Source: Naegleria gruberi
Lineage: Eukaryota
Length of the DNA: 64,000 nt
Assembly: GCA_000004985.1 (NCBI GenBank)
Contig: GG738847.1
Strand: one strand, 5' to 3'
Shown here piece after piece: positions 12,395 through 22,863 of this stretch. The position numbers and the translations under genes were made by a program. The notes under the pieces were generated by a model. That model had not been told where the DNA came from, searched no databases, and worked only from the letters and a program-made list of their open reading frames with translations. The number at the start of each line of letters is the position of its first letter. The stretch's first letter is position 1.

Positions 12395-13637
12395 ATGACC
12401 AAGAAGACTTCAACAAACACCACTGCCCCAACAAAGGCTACAACAACAGCTGCTACTACCACTAGCACTTCATCATCTACTTCATCTTTTGTTATTTTGA
12501 GTGATTCTGCTTTGGAAACTTTGGGTTTGAAGGGTAACAAGACGTACGTTTTTTAGTTTGATTAAAATAATAATTTATTCGGATATAGTGAACAATTCAA
12601 CACTGGTCTTAAACTTTTCGAAGAAACAACCGATAAATCTGATAGAGATACTCTTTTAGTATTGTTGGGCACTTTGGTTTCTGATGATAATTTGGATACT
12701 TTGATTGCCAAGATTAAATCTGCCAAAGACAACACTAGTCACGATATCATCAAACAACTCGCCTCTGTTTTCAACTTGATTACTAATGGCCAACAAAAGA
12801 CTAAATTATTTATTAATATTATTCAATTCATGATTCAACATGAAGAAGTTGCCACCTCTCTCAATATTTCTGCAATCGTTGACAATATTGAATCTGCTTT
12901 CACTGAATGGAGTATCTCTTCTAAGAAGGATAAGCAAGCTATTTTGATTGATTTGTCAAAGCTCTGTGTTAAACTTTCAAAGATGTATGTAGAAATAATT
13001 TTGAACTTTTTTAGTGACACTTTTTAGAAATGAAGCTTTTGATTTGATTATTAAATCATTGAAGTCTGGAGCTGAAGAAAGCGATAAGAAGGAATTAATT
13101 AATCTCTTTATTAGAAATCCATTCGAAAAATCTGCTGAAGAATTGAAAGAATTCGAACCAGAACTTTTTGGAGCTGTTTTGAGCTATCTTGACCAAGCTG
13201 ATGAAGCTGTTCCAGAAACTTTAAAGCAAAAAATCTCACAATATGAACAAACAGAATCTGTCATTTCTCAATTTGTTTCTGACTTGAAGGTCTTGAAATT
13301 CCTCGTTTCTTGCTCTGTTAAAATCCTCACCTCTAAGAAGGATATTGAACTTAAATATTCCGATATTGAAAAGTTGGCACCAAGTGGTGAAGTTGAACTT
13401 TTTGTTTGTGATATGATGGGAAGAAATTTAATTGAATGTAAGATGAATCAACTTGAACAATCCATTACTGTTCAAGCTATTAATTGCCGAGGTGCTGCTC
13501 ACAAGCAAGATTGGAAGAATGTTGAAACTCTTGTTTCTGTTTGGTCAAGCAAATTGGCCACAGTTTTGACCACAATGACCAATGAAGTCAATCCACAACA
13601 ATTCAAGAATGAAGTGAAACAACAACAACAACAATAA
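12395..13637 (+). CDS. EIF3M: eIF3 subunit M-like PCI-domain protein. Exons 12395..12543, 12589..12984, 13028..13637; introns 45 and 43 nt. The coding sequence ends with (CAA)5 then TAA.
   Basis: The C-terminal region resembles eIF3m (KMNQLEQSITVQ...QDWKNVETLVSVWSSKL against human KIDQTQRKVVV...QQWQQLYDTLNAW). Donors GTACGT and GTATGT with TAG acceptors keep the frame. Confidence 0.65.
13619..13636 (+). repeat. (CAA)n microsatellite encoding the C-terminal QQQQQ of the eIF3m-like protein.
   Basis: caacaacaacaacaacaa runs directly into the TAA stop. Confidence 0.6.
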
Positions 13638-13638
13638 A

Positions 13639-14319
13639 TTACTTCATATATTCATACATAAATTGTTTGTGATTATCATTTCTAGTGGTATCATTGATAA
13701 ATCTCTTTTTCTTTTGTTGATTAGAGTCATTAGCTTGGTTCTTAAATATGGTACTATCAGTCCACTTTCTCTTTACAGTAAATGAATCCTCATCATCATC
13801 ATCCTTCTTACTACTTATTGGTTTTAATAATGGATTACTAGTCAATGCTCGTTCTTGTGTTGCAAGTCTTTCCTTCTCCTCTTTTGCTCTTTTTACTCTT
13901 TCCAATTCCTTAATTAGTTCATCATTATCAGAGTCACCATCAGAGTCGGAATCAGAAGATGTATTTAAATCATCATCAGAATCATCATAGTTTGATTTTG
14001 GAACTTTTGTAAATTCCTCTGTTTCTTCCTCTACAATTTCTTCAATTATATCCTTATTTTTTTCTTCCTCTATTGCTGGTATTATTGTTGATGATTGATT
14101 ATTCTTCTTTTTTTGTACTAATTGTTCTCGTTCTTGTAATTCCTTCTTTAAATCTTTATGTTTAATTTCTTCCTCATTTCCTTGCCCGATCTGTCTTGTT
14201 TTTAAGACTGTGTGGGAAGGCATTAAATATACAGATTGTGTATGTGATGGAACATAACGTTTATAACCACCTTGTGTCTCGGTTGCTTTTGCTGCATTAA
14301 ATGTTGGTCTTGATGACAT
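13639..14319 (-). CDS. CWC15: Spliceosome-associated protein CWC15 (AD-002 family), single exon.
   Basis: The N-terminus MSSRPTFNAAKA...GGYKRYVPSHT and C-terminus KKKRFINDT...FMYEYMK match the conserved CWC15 ends, with an acidic Ser/Asp-rich middle. Confidence 0.85.
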   Translation of the reverse strand: MSSRPTFNAAKATETQGGYKRYVPSHTQSVYLMPSHTVLKTRQIGQGNEEEIKHKDLKKELQEREQLVQKKKNNQSSTIIPAIEEEKNKDIIEEIVEEETEEFTKVPKSNYDDSDDDLNTSSDSDSDGDSDNDELIKELERVKRAKEEKERLATQERALTSNPLLKPISSKKDDDDEDSFTVKRKWTDSTIFKNQANDSNQQKKKRFINDTTRNDNHKQFMYEYMK

Positions 14320-14715
14320 TTTTTATTTGATGCTTGTTTTCTAATAATACATTTGTCAATAATATATTCTTCTTCAACAATATTTTCAATTTTTTAAACT
14401 TATTACATTTGGATTAGACAATTTTATCATTTTGGCTATCCTTGGCAGAGTACTCTCAATCAATTTGAAATCGATAATATGCACGCGTAGATTGTTGCGA
14501 TATTAATCATCCAGATGACGCCAAAACCGAGAAGCCTATTCCGATAACAAACCCAATCAAAATTTCATCCTCAACAATTCCACAATAAAAGCTTTCTCTC
14601 CTTTGTGAAGAAGTACAATAAGAAAAAAACACAACAACCGACTAGCAGTATAAAACACTGAGGTTAAAAAGCAATCATTTAACATTTATAATTCAATAAT
14701 AATACAACAATCAAA

Positions 14716-14808
14716 ATGGGCATGTTTGGTTTCGTACTCGGACTTTCTGCTGGAATTTACATTACTAAAAGAACAATCATGAAGAATCACAACAACAAGC
14801 GTCTTTGA
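14716..14808 (+). CDS. Possible single-TM microprotein of 30 aa (MGMFGFVLGLSAGIYITKRTIMKNHNNKRL).
   Basis: ATG-initiated small ORF with one hydrophobic helix followed by basic residues, in the 5' region upstream of the TRMT2A-like gene. Not in the track. Highly uncertain. Confidence 0.2.
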   Translation: MGMFGFVLGLSAGIYITKRTIMKNHNNKRL

Positions 14809-15288
14809 ATAATGTTAGTGAAGAGGAGAAACAATCAATATGGCAACAATATTTGAATCAGAAAAAGATGGAAACTAACAGTCAAGCACTTTTGAATCGT
14901 CAAGAAGATTCCGATGATAACCATTCTCTTCTTTCACTTTCTAGAGAATACATTACAAGGATAAGAAATGAAAATTTTCCAATAATTCATGCACAAGAAA
15001 AATCAAATATTGATTCTCTCAATTCAAAGACAACTATTGAAAAGGATTAAGCAAATGTGACCAATCAGTCGCTATGAATAAGTGACTAACTTTTGGAAAT
15101 GAATTCAAACTCTCTTACTCGGAGCAACCCTTTCGAATGTGCTCTCGAATATTTAAGAAAATTCAAATAAAACAATTTGAAATTTAAATCATCATTGCAA
15201 TATCATGATAGTAATCTTAATGTCCTCATGAGGAAATCAATTCATATCTTTAATTTCCAATACTCATTGAATTTTATTAAAAAATACA

Positions 15289-17128
15289 ATGAAACCTTTA
15301 AATCAAGCCTCCAAAATTATTGCTCAACAATTCTTCTACAGAGGCAAATTCATCAAACCAACAACCATAACAACAAGTTTGAATCAATTAAAATTCAATC
15401 CTTCTTTAATTGTTAATAATGGAGTGCAACATCAAAATGCTACTTCCCGTTCCTTTTCCATCATCAATAATAATACATTATTCTCTCATTCCCTCATGAT
15501 GCAAGAAGAAGAAGGAGCTAGAGTATCATCCACCAACAACAACAATTCTTCATCGTCATCAATGGCAACATCAAATAATTTGAACAAAAAAATGCCAGAA
15601 GAACAACAACAACAAAACAAGAGAAAATTCAATCATCACAACAATAGAAATAAAAAAAACAAGAAAGTCAAGAAGGAGAAACCAAGCAATGTTATTGAAG
15701 CTGTGACTCCTTTGGCCCAGTAAGTATTGTTGATTGTGGTTTTTATGTGAATTTACGTATCGGATTTTAATAGTTTGACCTATGAAGAACAATTGGTCAA
15801 GAAGGAAGGTGAAACATTGGATTGTATGAGAGAAATGTTTTCTGAAATTAAGAAGAGTTATGGTACAGCAGAACTCCCAGAATACTATACTATTCAACCA
15901 GAAGATGAAAAATTGAAGGATGTTCATTTGACTTGGTGTGGTATTTTGTCATCACCACAAACTGAAGGATATAGAAATAATTGTGAATTTACTTGTGGAT
16001 ACAATTCTGAAGATAAACCAACTGTTGGATTTAGACAAGGTTTATTTTCTCAAGGAATTTTCAATGCCGAAAGTCCAAAAGATGTCAAAATTGTTTCTGA
16101 TAGTATGAAGAGAGCTGTTTTGGTTTTACAAAAATTTATTGAACAACATCACGATACATACAAGGTATGTTGTTTTGTGAACTATTTAATAATTACATTA
16201 ATTGTAGTGTTATGCTCAAAAAACCCATACTGGATTGTGGAGATTGATGAAAGTCAGAGAAAATAGAAATGGAGAAATGCTCATCATTGTTCAAATTAAT
16301 CCAACTGAAATTTCTGAAGAAGCTATGCAAACAATCAAAACTAATCTCATCTCTCACTTTAAATCATTCGATAAGAACGAATCATCAGATCTTTCTATTA
16401 ACGTTAAGGGATTATTCTTGCAACAACATACAGGCGTCAGCAATGCTGCTCCAACTGATGCTCCTTTGGATTTGCTCTATGGAGAACAAACTATTGTTGA
16501 GGAAGTTTTGGGATTGAAGTTTAATATTTCTCCAATGAGCTTCTTCCAAGTTAACACTAAAGGTGTTGAGGTTTTATATTCAAAGGTCAAGGAATGGACA
16601 TTAGAATCTATGGATAAGGAGTCTAATAAGGAACGTGTTTTATTGGATGTTTGCAGTGGTACAGGTACTATTGGTTCTACAATGGCTAGCTCTGTCAGCA
16701 GAGTTATTGGTATTGAAATGGTTGAAAGCTCTGTAAATGATGCCAGGAAGAATGCTCAATTGAACAATATTCAAAATATTACTTTTGTTTGTGGAAAGGC
16801 TGAAGATACAATTACAACCAAGATGGTTGAACATAACTTGAATTCATCTAATGTTGAATGTGTAGCTGTTGTAGATCCTCCAAGATCAGGTCTTCACAAG
16901 AAGGTTCTTGAATCAATTTTGAGATCTCCAACAATTGAAAAATTAATTTATGTTTCATGTAATCCAAAGACATTGGTTGAAAATGCTATTAGACTTTGCG
17001 GACCAACATCAACAGTTAGAGCCAGTTATGGTGCATTCAAACCTGTTAAGGCTATTGCTGTTGACATGTTCCCTCACACTGAACATTGTGAAATGATTTG
17101 CGTTTTTGAAAGAAAGCTTAAGAAATAA
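15289..17128 (+). CDS. TRMT2A: tRNA (uracil-5)-methyltransferase, TRM2/TRMT2A family, with an Asn-rich N-terminal extension. Exons 15289..15719, 15774..16164, 16208..17128; introns 54 and 43 nt.
   Basis: SAM-dependent methyltransferase motifs are present (LLDVCSGTGTIG, VVDPPRSGLHKKV, YVSCNP). GTAAGT and GTATGT donors with TAG acceptors keep the frame. Confidence 0.8.
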
Positions 17129-17151
17129 ATTATTAAGATATTATTGCTAGT

Positions 17152-18843
17152 TTACAATCTCAAGTCTTCCTCTTCTTGTTGTTTAGCAACTTGTTTTGTT
17201 CTGGTTCTCTTTTCATTCAAACTTATAGTGTTGTAAGATGAACTACCCAATATCTCTTCACATAACAGCCAAGCTTTTTCATAATACAGTAAGGCGTTAG
17301 CATACGATTCCATGGCATATTCAATATCACCTAAGGTCTCAAGTGTGACTGCTACCTCTTGGGAGTCTGATCCATGGAGTTTGGTTTTTCTCTTTTGCAA
17401 TTCCTTGTAGATCAGGATTGCTCTGGTTAATCCCTCCCTGTCATTGTCTCTAGCTTGAGCATCTTCAAGTACAGAGCTAGCAAATTTCTCGAAAACTCTA
17501 ATTGTTTTTTTGTGATATGGGCCATAGTAAGATTCCACTCCTTTGGAAGCATCCTGGTAAAACTCGATGGATTTGTTCAAATTTTGAGACTCTCTGTAGA
17601 GACCAGCTATAGTGTAGGAGGTTACGGCTGCATTCAATAAATCAACTCCTGTTCCTAGATCTTCATAAACTTTCTTTGCCTTTTGGAAGTTTTCAATAGC
17701 TTCGTTAGTTGTTCCGTTTTTAATATGTACATAGGCCATTTCTCTGAAAACTTTGGCAATATCTGGATGCGTAGATGTGCCACTCATATTCAATTTTGAT
17801 TCCCACGCCTGAATAAGGTGGGCTAAGGAGACATCATATCTTTGCATTCTGGTGTACAGGTAAGATAACTGGAGTGAAATATCAAAGGTAATTGTAACAT
17901 CTCTTTCATCTTCCTCGAGAGCATCCACTTGACGTTTGGCTTCCTTTAGACATCCATAAGCCTCTTTCATTAAGCCCTGATCTATATAACACTTTCCACA
18001 CTGAAGCAATACGTGAGGGAGCAATTTTCTTGCATCCTGATATTCCAACTCAATATCAAGAACTTCTGGAGCTCCTTCATTAATCAACTTGGGGAATGAT
18101 TGGTTTGATATTATTTGCGTGAGTAGCATTAGTCCCTTTTTCAGATAACTACTTGCTTGTTCGTATGCTTTGATTTTTGTGTAGCTGTCACCAATATCTA
18201 AATAATGCTCAGCTAATCGAACTGATTGACCACCATACAAGAGTTTTGTTAGGGCAATGGCCATGGTCCTCAAATCTACAACAGCTTGATGCTTATTCAG
18301 CTCCTTGAGTCTGGTAATTTTACTCTCCAGAACAAGCAGTTTTTGCTTTGGTGGGAGCAAATCTTCTCTGTCAGTCAAGCTGAACAGTTTTGGATCTTCA
18401 AATCTTGTTGTTTTTACAGGCGATTGTTGTTTTGATACATAGGTTATTGATGATTCGGACCTTGAGGATCTTGATGATGTTGGTGGTTCATTGTCGATTG
18501 GAAGATTTCTAATTTCCTCAAATGATATTGGATCATCCTTCTCTGTATCAGGCCCTTTCAAAATTCTCAACATGTGCATTATATCATTCTCTCGTTCATT
18601 CTTTATAGTTTCCTTTGTCTTTTTAGCTTGTTCTTGCAACTTTTTATATCGGAGAGTACTTTTTCCTGATGAAGATGCAGCTGCCTCTTTCTTGGCAGAC
18701 CTTATCAATTTTGATTTGACTGCTTGTTGAGCATCTACTATATGTTTTGGTGGATAATATCCAAAATATGAAAAGTCTTGTAAAATTGGCTGATGTTGAT
18801 AATAGCTGTCCTCAATATCTAACGGCAATTCTTCCTTACTCAT
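17152..18843 (-). CDS. TPR-repeat protein of 563 aa.
   Basis: Single ORF with ATG at 18843. It has repeated TPR-like Ala/Tyr/Leu patterning (AYEQASSYLKKGL, AIENFQKAKKVYEDLG, ALLYYEKAWLL). Confidence 0.6.
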   Translation of the reverse strand: MSKEELPLDIEDSYYQHQPILQDFSYFGYYPPKHIVDAQQAVKSKLIRSAKKEAAASSSGKSTLRYKKLQEQAKKTKETIKNERENDIMHMLRILKGPDTEKDDPISFEEIRNLPIDNEPPTSSRSSRSESSITYVSKQQSPVKTTRFEDPKLFSLTDREDLLPPKQKLLVLESKITRLKELNKHQAVVDLRTMAIALTKLLYGGQSVRLAEHYLDIGDSYTKIKAYEQASSYLKKGLMLLTQIISNQSFPKLINEGAPEVLDIELEYQDARKLLPHVLLQCGKCYIDQGLMKEAYGCLKEAKRQVDALEEDERDVTITFDISLQLSYLYTRMQRYDVSLAHLIQAWESKLNMSGTSTHPDIAKVFREMAYVHIKNGTTNEAIENFQKAKKVYEDLGTGVDLLNAAVTSYTIAGLYRESQNLNKSIEFYQDASKGVESYYGPYHKKTIRVFEKFASSVLEDAQARDNDREGLTRAILIYKELQKRKTKLHGSDSQEVAVTLETLGDIEYAMESYANALLYYEKAWLLCEEILGSSSYNTISLNEKRTRTKQVAKQQEEEDLRL

Positions 18844-19020
18844 TTTTTTATTGAATAACGACTTGATTTTTCGAAAAAGACAATCTTTGTTTTGGCGCCA
18901 AACTTACCGTAGATGATTCTTCTAATTTTTGGATCCTGAACAAAAAAAATGAATGGGCAAGTGAGAAATAATTTTATGGAAATTGTAAAGATGATTTTCA
19001 AATAAAAACAAGAAAAAAAA

Positions 19021-20294
19021 ATGGGCAAGAGAAGCCGCACAATTGATCAAGACAAGGATCTTGAGGAAGCAAGAGAACCACAAGAGATGAATCTTTATGA
19101 TCACTTATCGAGTTTGTATGATAGTTGTAATGGAGAGAATGAAGAAGGAGCAAATAATAATAATAATAACACTATTATTGTTCCTCCGAATGTTATTGTA
19201 AAGACTTCGTTTAAAGATTTTAATGTTCATGAATTTGCAGTCAAGAGAAGTGGCTTATTTAGAACCATGATTGATTCGAATGAACAGTGGAAATTGGGAA
19301 AAGTTGATGATAAATTCAATATTGATTTGACAAGTGTTGAAGGCTCTATTTCAACAGAGGGAGAACCTTTGAAAAAAAAAGATTTTGAAATCATTTTCCG
19401 ATATTTGTATTGTGATGATTTTAATTGTTATATGGGTACTTCAACCTTGAAAAGAATTATTGACATGGCCAAATATTTGGATATTCCCTCTCTTATCACA
19501 AAGATACTTGATGGAATTCAATTTTCACTTAAATATTTCCCAATCAAGTACTCATTGAAAGGAGAGTTGACTGAGCATGAGATTGTTGATCTAATTTTCA
19601 AATTAACTAATCGATTTAAAAATAATTACGGCGAAGAAGTGAAAGGATATTCGAATGAACTAATCTCATATATTTGCCAACAACAATTGGTTCCTCTATT
19701 TATCAAAGTTAACCTTTTACAACGTCATTTAACACAAAATAACAAAGGGGTTGTGATTACAAAAGAAATGCTGCAACCATTTTCAGAATGCATCAAAAAA
19801 ATGAGAAAGGAATCCAAATACTTATTACCAAACCAATCTGAGAACATTGACCCAACAATGTTCAAATTATTGGAATTGAAACAGCCAAAAGAAAATCCAT
19901 GCAAACGCAAACACTATCGTTGTGCTGATACTGTTTATATTTCTATGGGAGCAGAAGAAGACTCAGGTGAGGTAAGTGAGAAATTTTATATAATAGTTAT
20001 TAACAATTTTAACCAATTGTTAAGGATTTTCATTTATTTGATGGTAAGGTTCGTATAGATGTTTCATGTGCTTCCAGGAGCTCAGCTTTTTGGTGGGATC
20101 TCACCTTTCAAAACGATCTCGCCAATGAGGAAATTAAACTAGCTTACAAAATATTCTACCAAGCTAATGTTGGTTCTAAACAGGAAGCAATAACAGAAAT
20201 TGACGATATTTCTGCAACAGAAACAATTTATGCACCCCAATTCGATACTGGTGGATTTTATGCTAACTTTCTCTTCTTTTTCAAAAGAAATTAG
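19021..20294 (+). CDS. BTB/POZ-domain protein. Exons 19021..19971 and 20059..20294, intron 19972..20058 (87 nt, GTAAGT...TATAG).
   Basis: BTB-like block (FNVHEFAVKRSGLFRTMI...FEIIFRYLYCDDF...LKRIIDMAKYLDIPSL). The splice removes an in-frame stop and opens an 80-codon C-terminal exon. Confidence 0.5.
19155..19172 (+). repeat. (AAT)n microsatellite encoding poly-Asn in the BTB gene.
   Basis: aataataataataataac within the CDS; this kind of tract recurs in other genes of the window. Confidence 0.5.
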
Positions 20295-20374
20295 ATTCCT
20301 AATTCACTTAAATTTCATGTAAATGTTTCTTGCAATAAACAGTTTATTGTAAACATTAGTTTTCTTACAAAAAA

Positions 20375-21340
20375 ATGAATCAAAGTGATGCTACTAAACC
20401 ACAACCTTCTTTTGGATTCAAATTGGGTGCAATAATAGTCAGCTCCTCTGTGATGGCTTCTCTAATAATATCCCGATTCAGAGTTTGTAATTCAGAGGCA
20501 GAATATTTAATTCGGAAGAGAATTAGGGATGGTAAAATAATTGTTAGTAGGAGGGGAATTGTTTGGCCCTTTCAATCATCACGAATTATTAAATTGGATC
20601 AACCTCTATTGAAAGTATGTGTTTCTAATAGTAACAATATTAATAATAAAAATATTGGTGGATTAATAAAGTTTGATTGGAATGAAAGAGAATTTCCGAT
20701 TGAGAGAATGAAAGTTAGTATTGTGGATTATGAAAAGAATCGGAAAGGATTTTTGGAAATATCTGAAAGGTTATTGGATAAAGATGAAAAGAAAATCTTA
20801 GATCGAAAGGAAATGGAAGAATTAATTGAGAAAGTTGTGGAGAAATTCACAAACATTGATAATAATTTCATGGAGGAGCTCAACAAGGACCTGAATGAAA
20901 GAGGATTGGAGATATTTTCATTCAATGTAAGAAAACCAATTAATGAACTAATTGAAAAGGAAACATTGAGTAAGGAAGATGTTGAAAAATTAATGGAAAA
21001 GAATGTAAAATTGAATGAGTTAATAGAAATTTCACCTCAAGATCCAAACTCTTACATGAAAAGAGGTAAATTCTATTTAGAAGAGTGCCATTTCTACGAC
21101 AAGGCCATTGATGATTTCTCAACAGCTATTGAACTCTATCCAAACAATTCATATGCCCACTTTTATAGAGCTATTGTCTACTACAAATTGGGCCTCAATT
21201 CTCCAGCTCTCCACGATTTTACACTAGTCACCCAGATTGAACTTTATGACACTTCAATCCTTCACGAAGCCAAGCATTACCTCTCCCTCCTAACCGACCC
21301 AAGACAGAGATATCCCAAATTGGAAGACAAAAAGTTCTAA
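20375..21340 (+). CDS. N-terminally membrane-anchored protein with C-terminal TPR repeats, 321 aa.
   Basis: ATG at 20375, a hydrophobic segment LGAIIVSSSVMASLIISRF, and TPR-like motifs (KRGKFYLEECHFYDKAIDDFSTAIELYPNNSYAHFYRAIVYYKLG). Confidence 0.55.
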   Translation: MNQSDATKPQPSFGFKLGAIIVSSSVMASLIISRFRVCNSEAEYLIRKRIRDGKIIVSRRGIVWPFQSSRIIKLDQPLLKVCVSNSNNINNKNIGGLIKFDWNEREFPIERMKVSIVDYEKNRKGFLEISERLLDKDEKKILDRKEMEELIEKVVEKFTNIDNNFMEELNKDLNERGLEIFSFNVRKPINELIEKETLSKEDVEKLMEKNVKLNELIEISPQDPNSYMKRGKFYLEECHFYDKAIDDFSTAIELYPNNSYAHFYRAIVYYKLGLNSPALHDFTLVTQIELYDTSILHEAKHYLSLLTDPRQRYPKLEDKKF

Positions 21341-21343
21341 AAA

Positions 21344-22822
21344 ATGGCTCAACACGTTTTCTCCAGTGCTAATTCTTCGAGCACTGTTCGTACAAGTACT
21401 GTATTTTCTTGTGGGTATGTAGTTATTGAATATGGATAGAATGGTGTGAATTGTTGAATATAATGTACTTTCCAAAGGTCCAACAAATCTAATGCACTTG
21501 CCTTAGATGATTCCTTAAAGGAAACAGAAAATAATGGAAGTAAAATATATGAAAAACCACTTCCGATTGATGAGGGAGCATTTCAGGGATTTAGAGTTGT
21601 CAAGTAGGTTTCTTTGCAATTGTTAAAACTCGAATTAATGAAAGAGTTTTTTCTGGATATAATCATTCAGTATTTATTGATGAGAATGGAAGAGCTTATG
21701 CAATTGGTAGTAATTTACAACATCAACTTGGAATTGGAGGTGCAAGTTTTGCTGTAAAACCAACCCTTATTAGAGAATTATCAGGCATGGTGATTGTAAA
21801 TTGTGTTTTGGGATATTCGACAAATATTTTCGAGAACGACAGAGGAGAATTGTATGGAATTGGGTATAATATGAGTTATGAGATGGGTATTGATAATGAT
21901 TTTCATTTCCATAGGATTGTTCCATTGGATGTTTTTAATACTCGTCGAAGTTTGTTTAAATTACCTTTTAAACAGGTTTTAATTGGACAGGATATGTTTC
22001 AAGAGGGTTCTTGGAGTGCATTCCTAACGAGAAATTCCAGAATTTTCATTGCTAATCATCGTGTATTTGATCCCAAATATGTTAAAAAGTGCTTTACCAA
22101 GAATAATGCACTTTACAAATTGAAAACTGAATTGTTTACAACTGACATTATTGAGAAAATAGCAGGAACCAAAAAGAGATTAATTATATTAACAAGTATG
22201 TTATTGATTTACAAGTATTTCTGAATCACAATTAATTCAAAAAGAAAAGGGGCATATTTTCAGACAGAGAGAAAAAGTATTTGCTCGACTAACACTACCG
22301 CTCAAGAAAGATGAAATAGTACAGGATGTATTTGATTCTGATTACTTTGAGCTGTACAGAACTTCCCTTAATAGATTTTATGGTGCTGGTTTTTCTTTTA
22401 CTTCTGTCACAGACGTTACGAATGATAACTCTGTGGGGTTGATTAGTTTTGGTTTGCCTCCAGGTGTTAGCATTACAAACATTTATCTTGGCATAAAGAC
22501 ACTATTCCTAAATTGCACAGATAGTAATATGTATTCAATGGGATTTAATTCATGTGGTCAATCTGGTATTGGAGAAGTTTATCAATTGGTTAAATCTCCA
22601 CACAAAGTATTGTTGGATCCATCAATATTGAAACCTGGTGAAATGTTTGCTGCCGCACCTGGTTTCCAGCATACCTTCTTTTACATAACAACTATTGATT
22701 CATCTAACACAATTATGCCAAACATTTACATGTCGTCTGAATATTTATTCAGAAGACACCTTTTGGATCTTGTTGATGCTGAGAATGGATATTCTGACAT
22801 TGTGTTTAAATTATACCACTAA
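21344..22822 (+). CDS. RCC1-repeat protein, 4 predicted exons: 21344..21414, 21478..21594, 21636..22195 and approximately 22272..22822. The last intron boundary is approximate.
   Basis: RCC1-like repeats are present (YAIGSNLQHQLGIGG, YGIGYNMSYEMG, MGFNSCGQSGIGE). Donors GTATGT, GTAGGT and GTATGT. The ATG at 21344 lies 3 nt after the stop of the upstream gene and in the same frame. Confidence 0.5.
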
Positions 22823-22863
22823 ATTCAAAAAAAACAGTAAATTAATTTATTCTAAAGTAAAAA

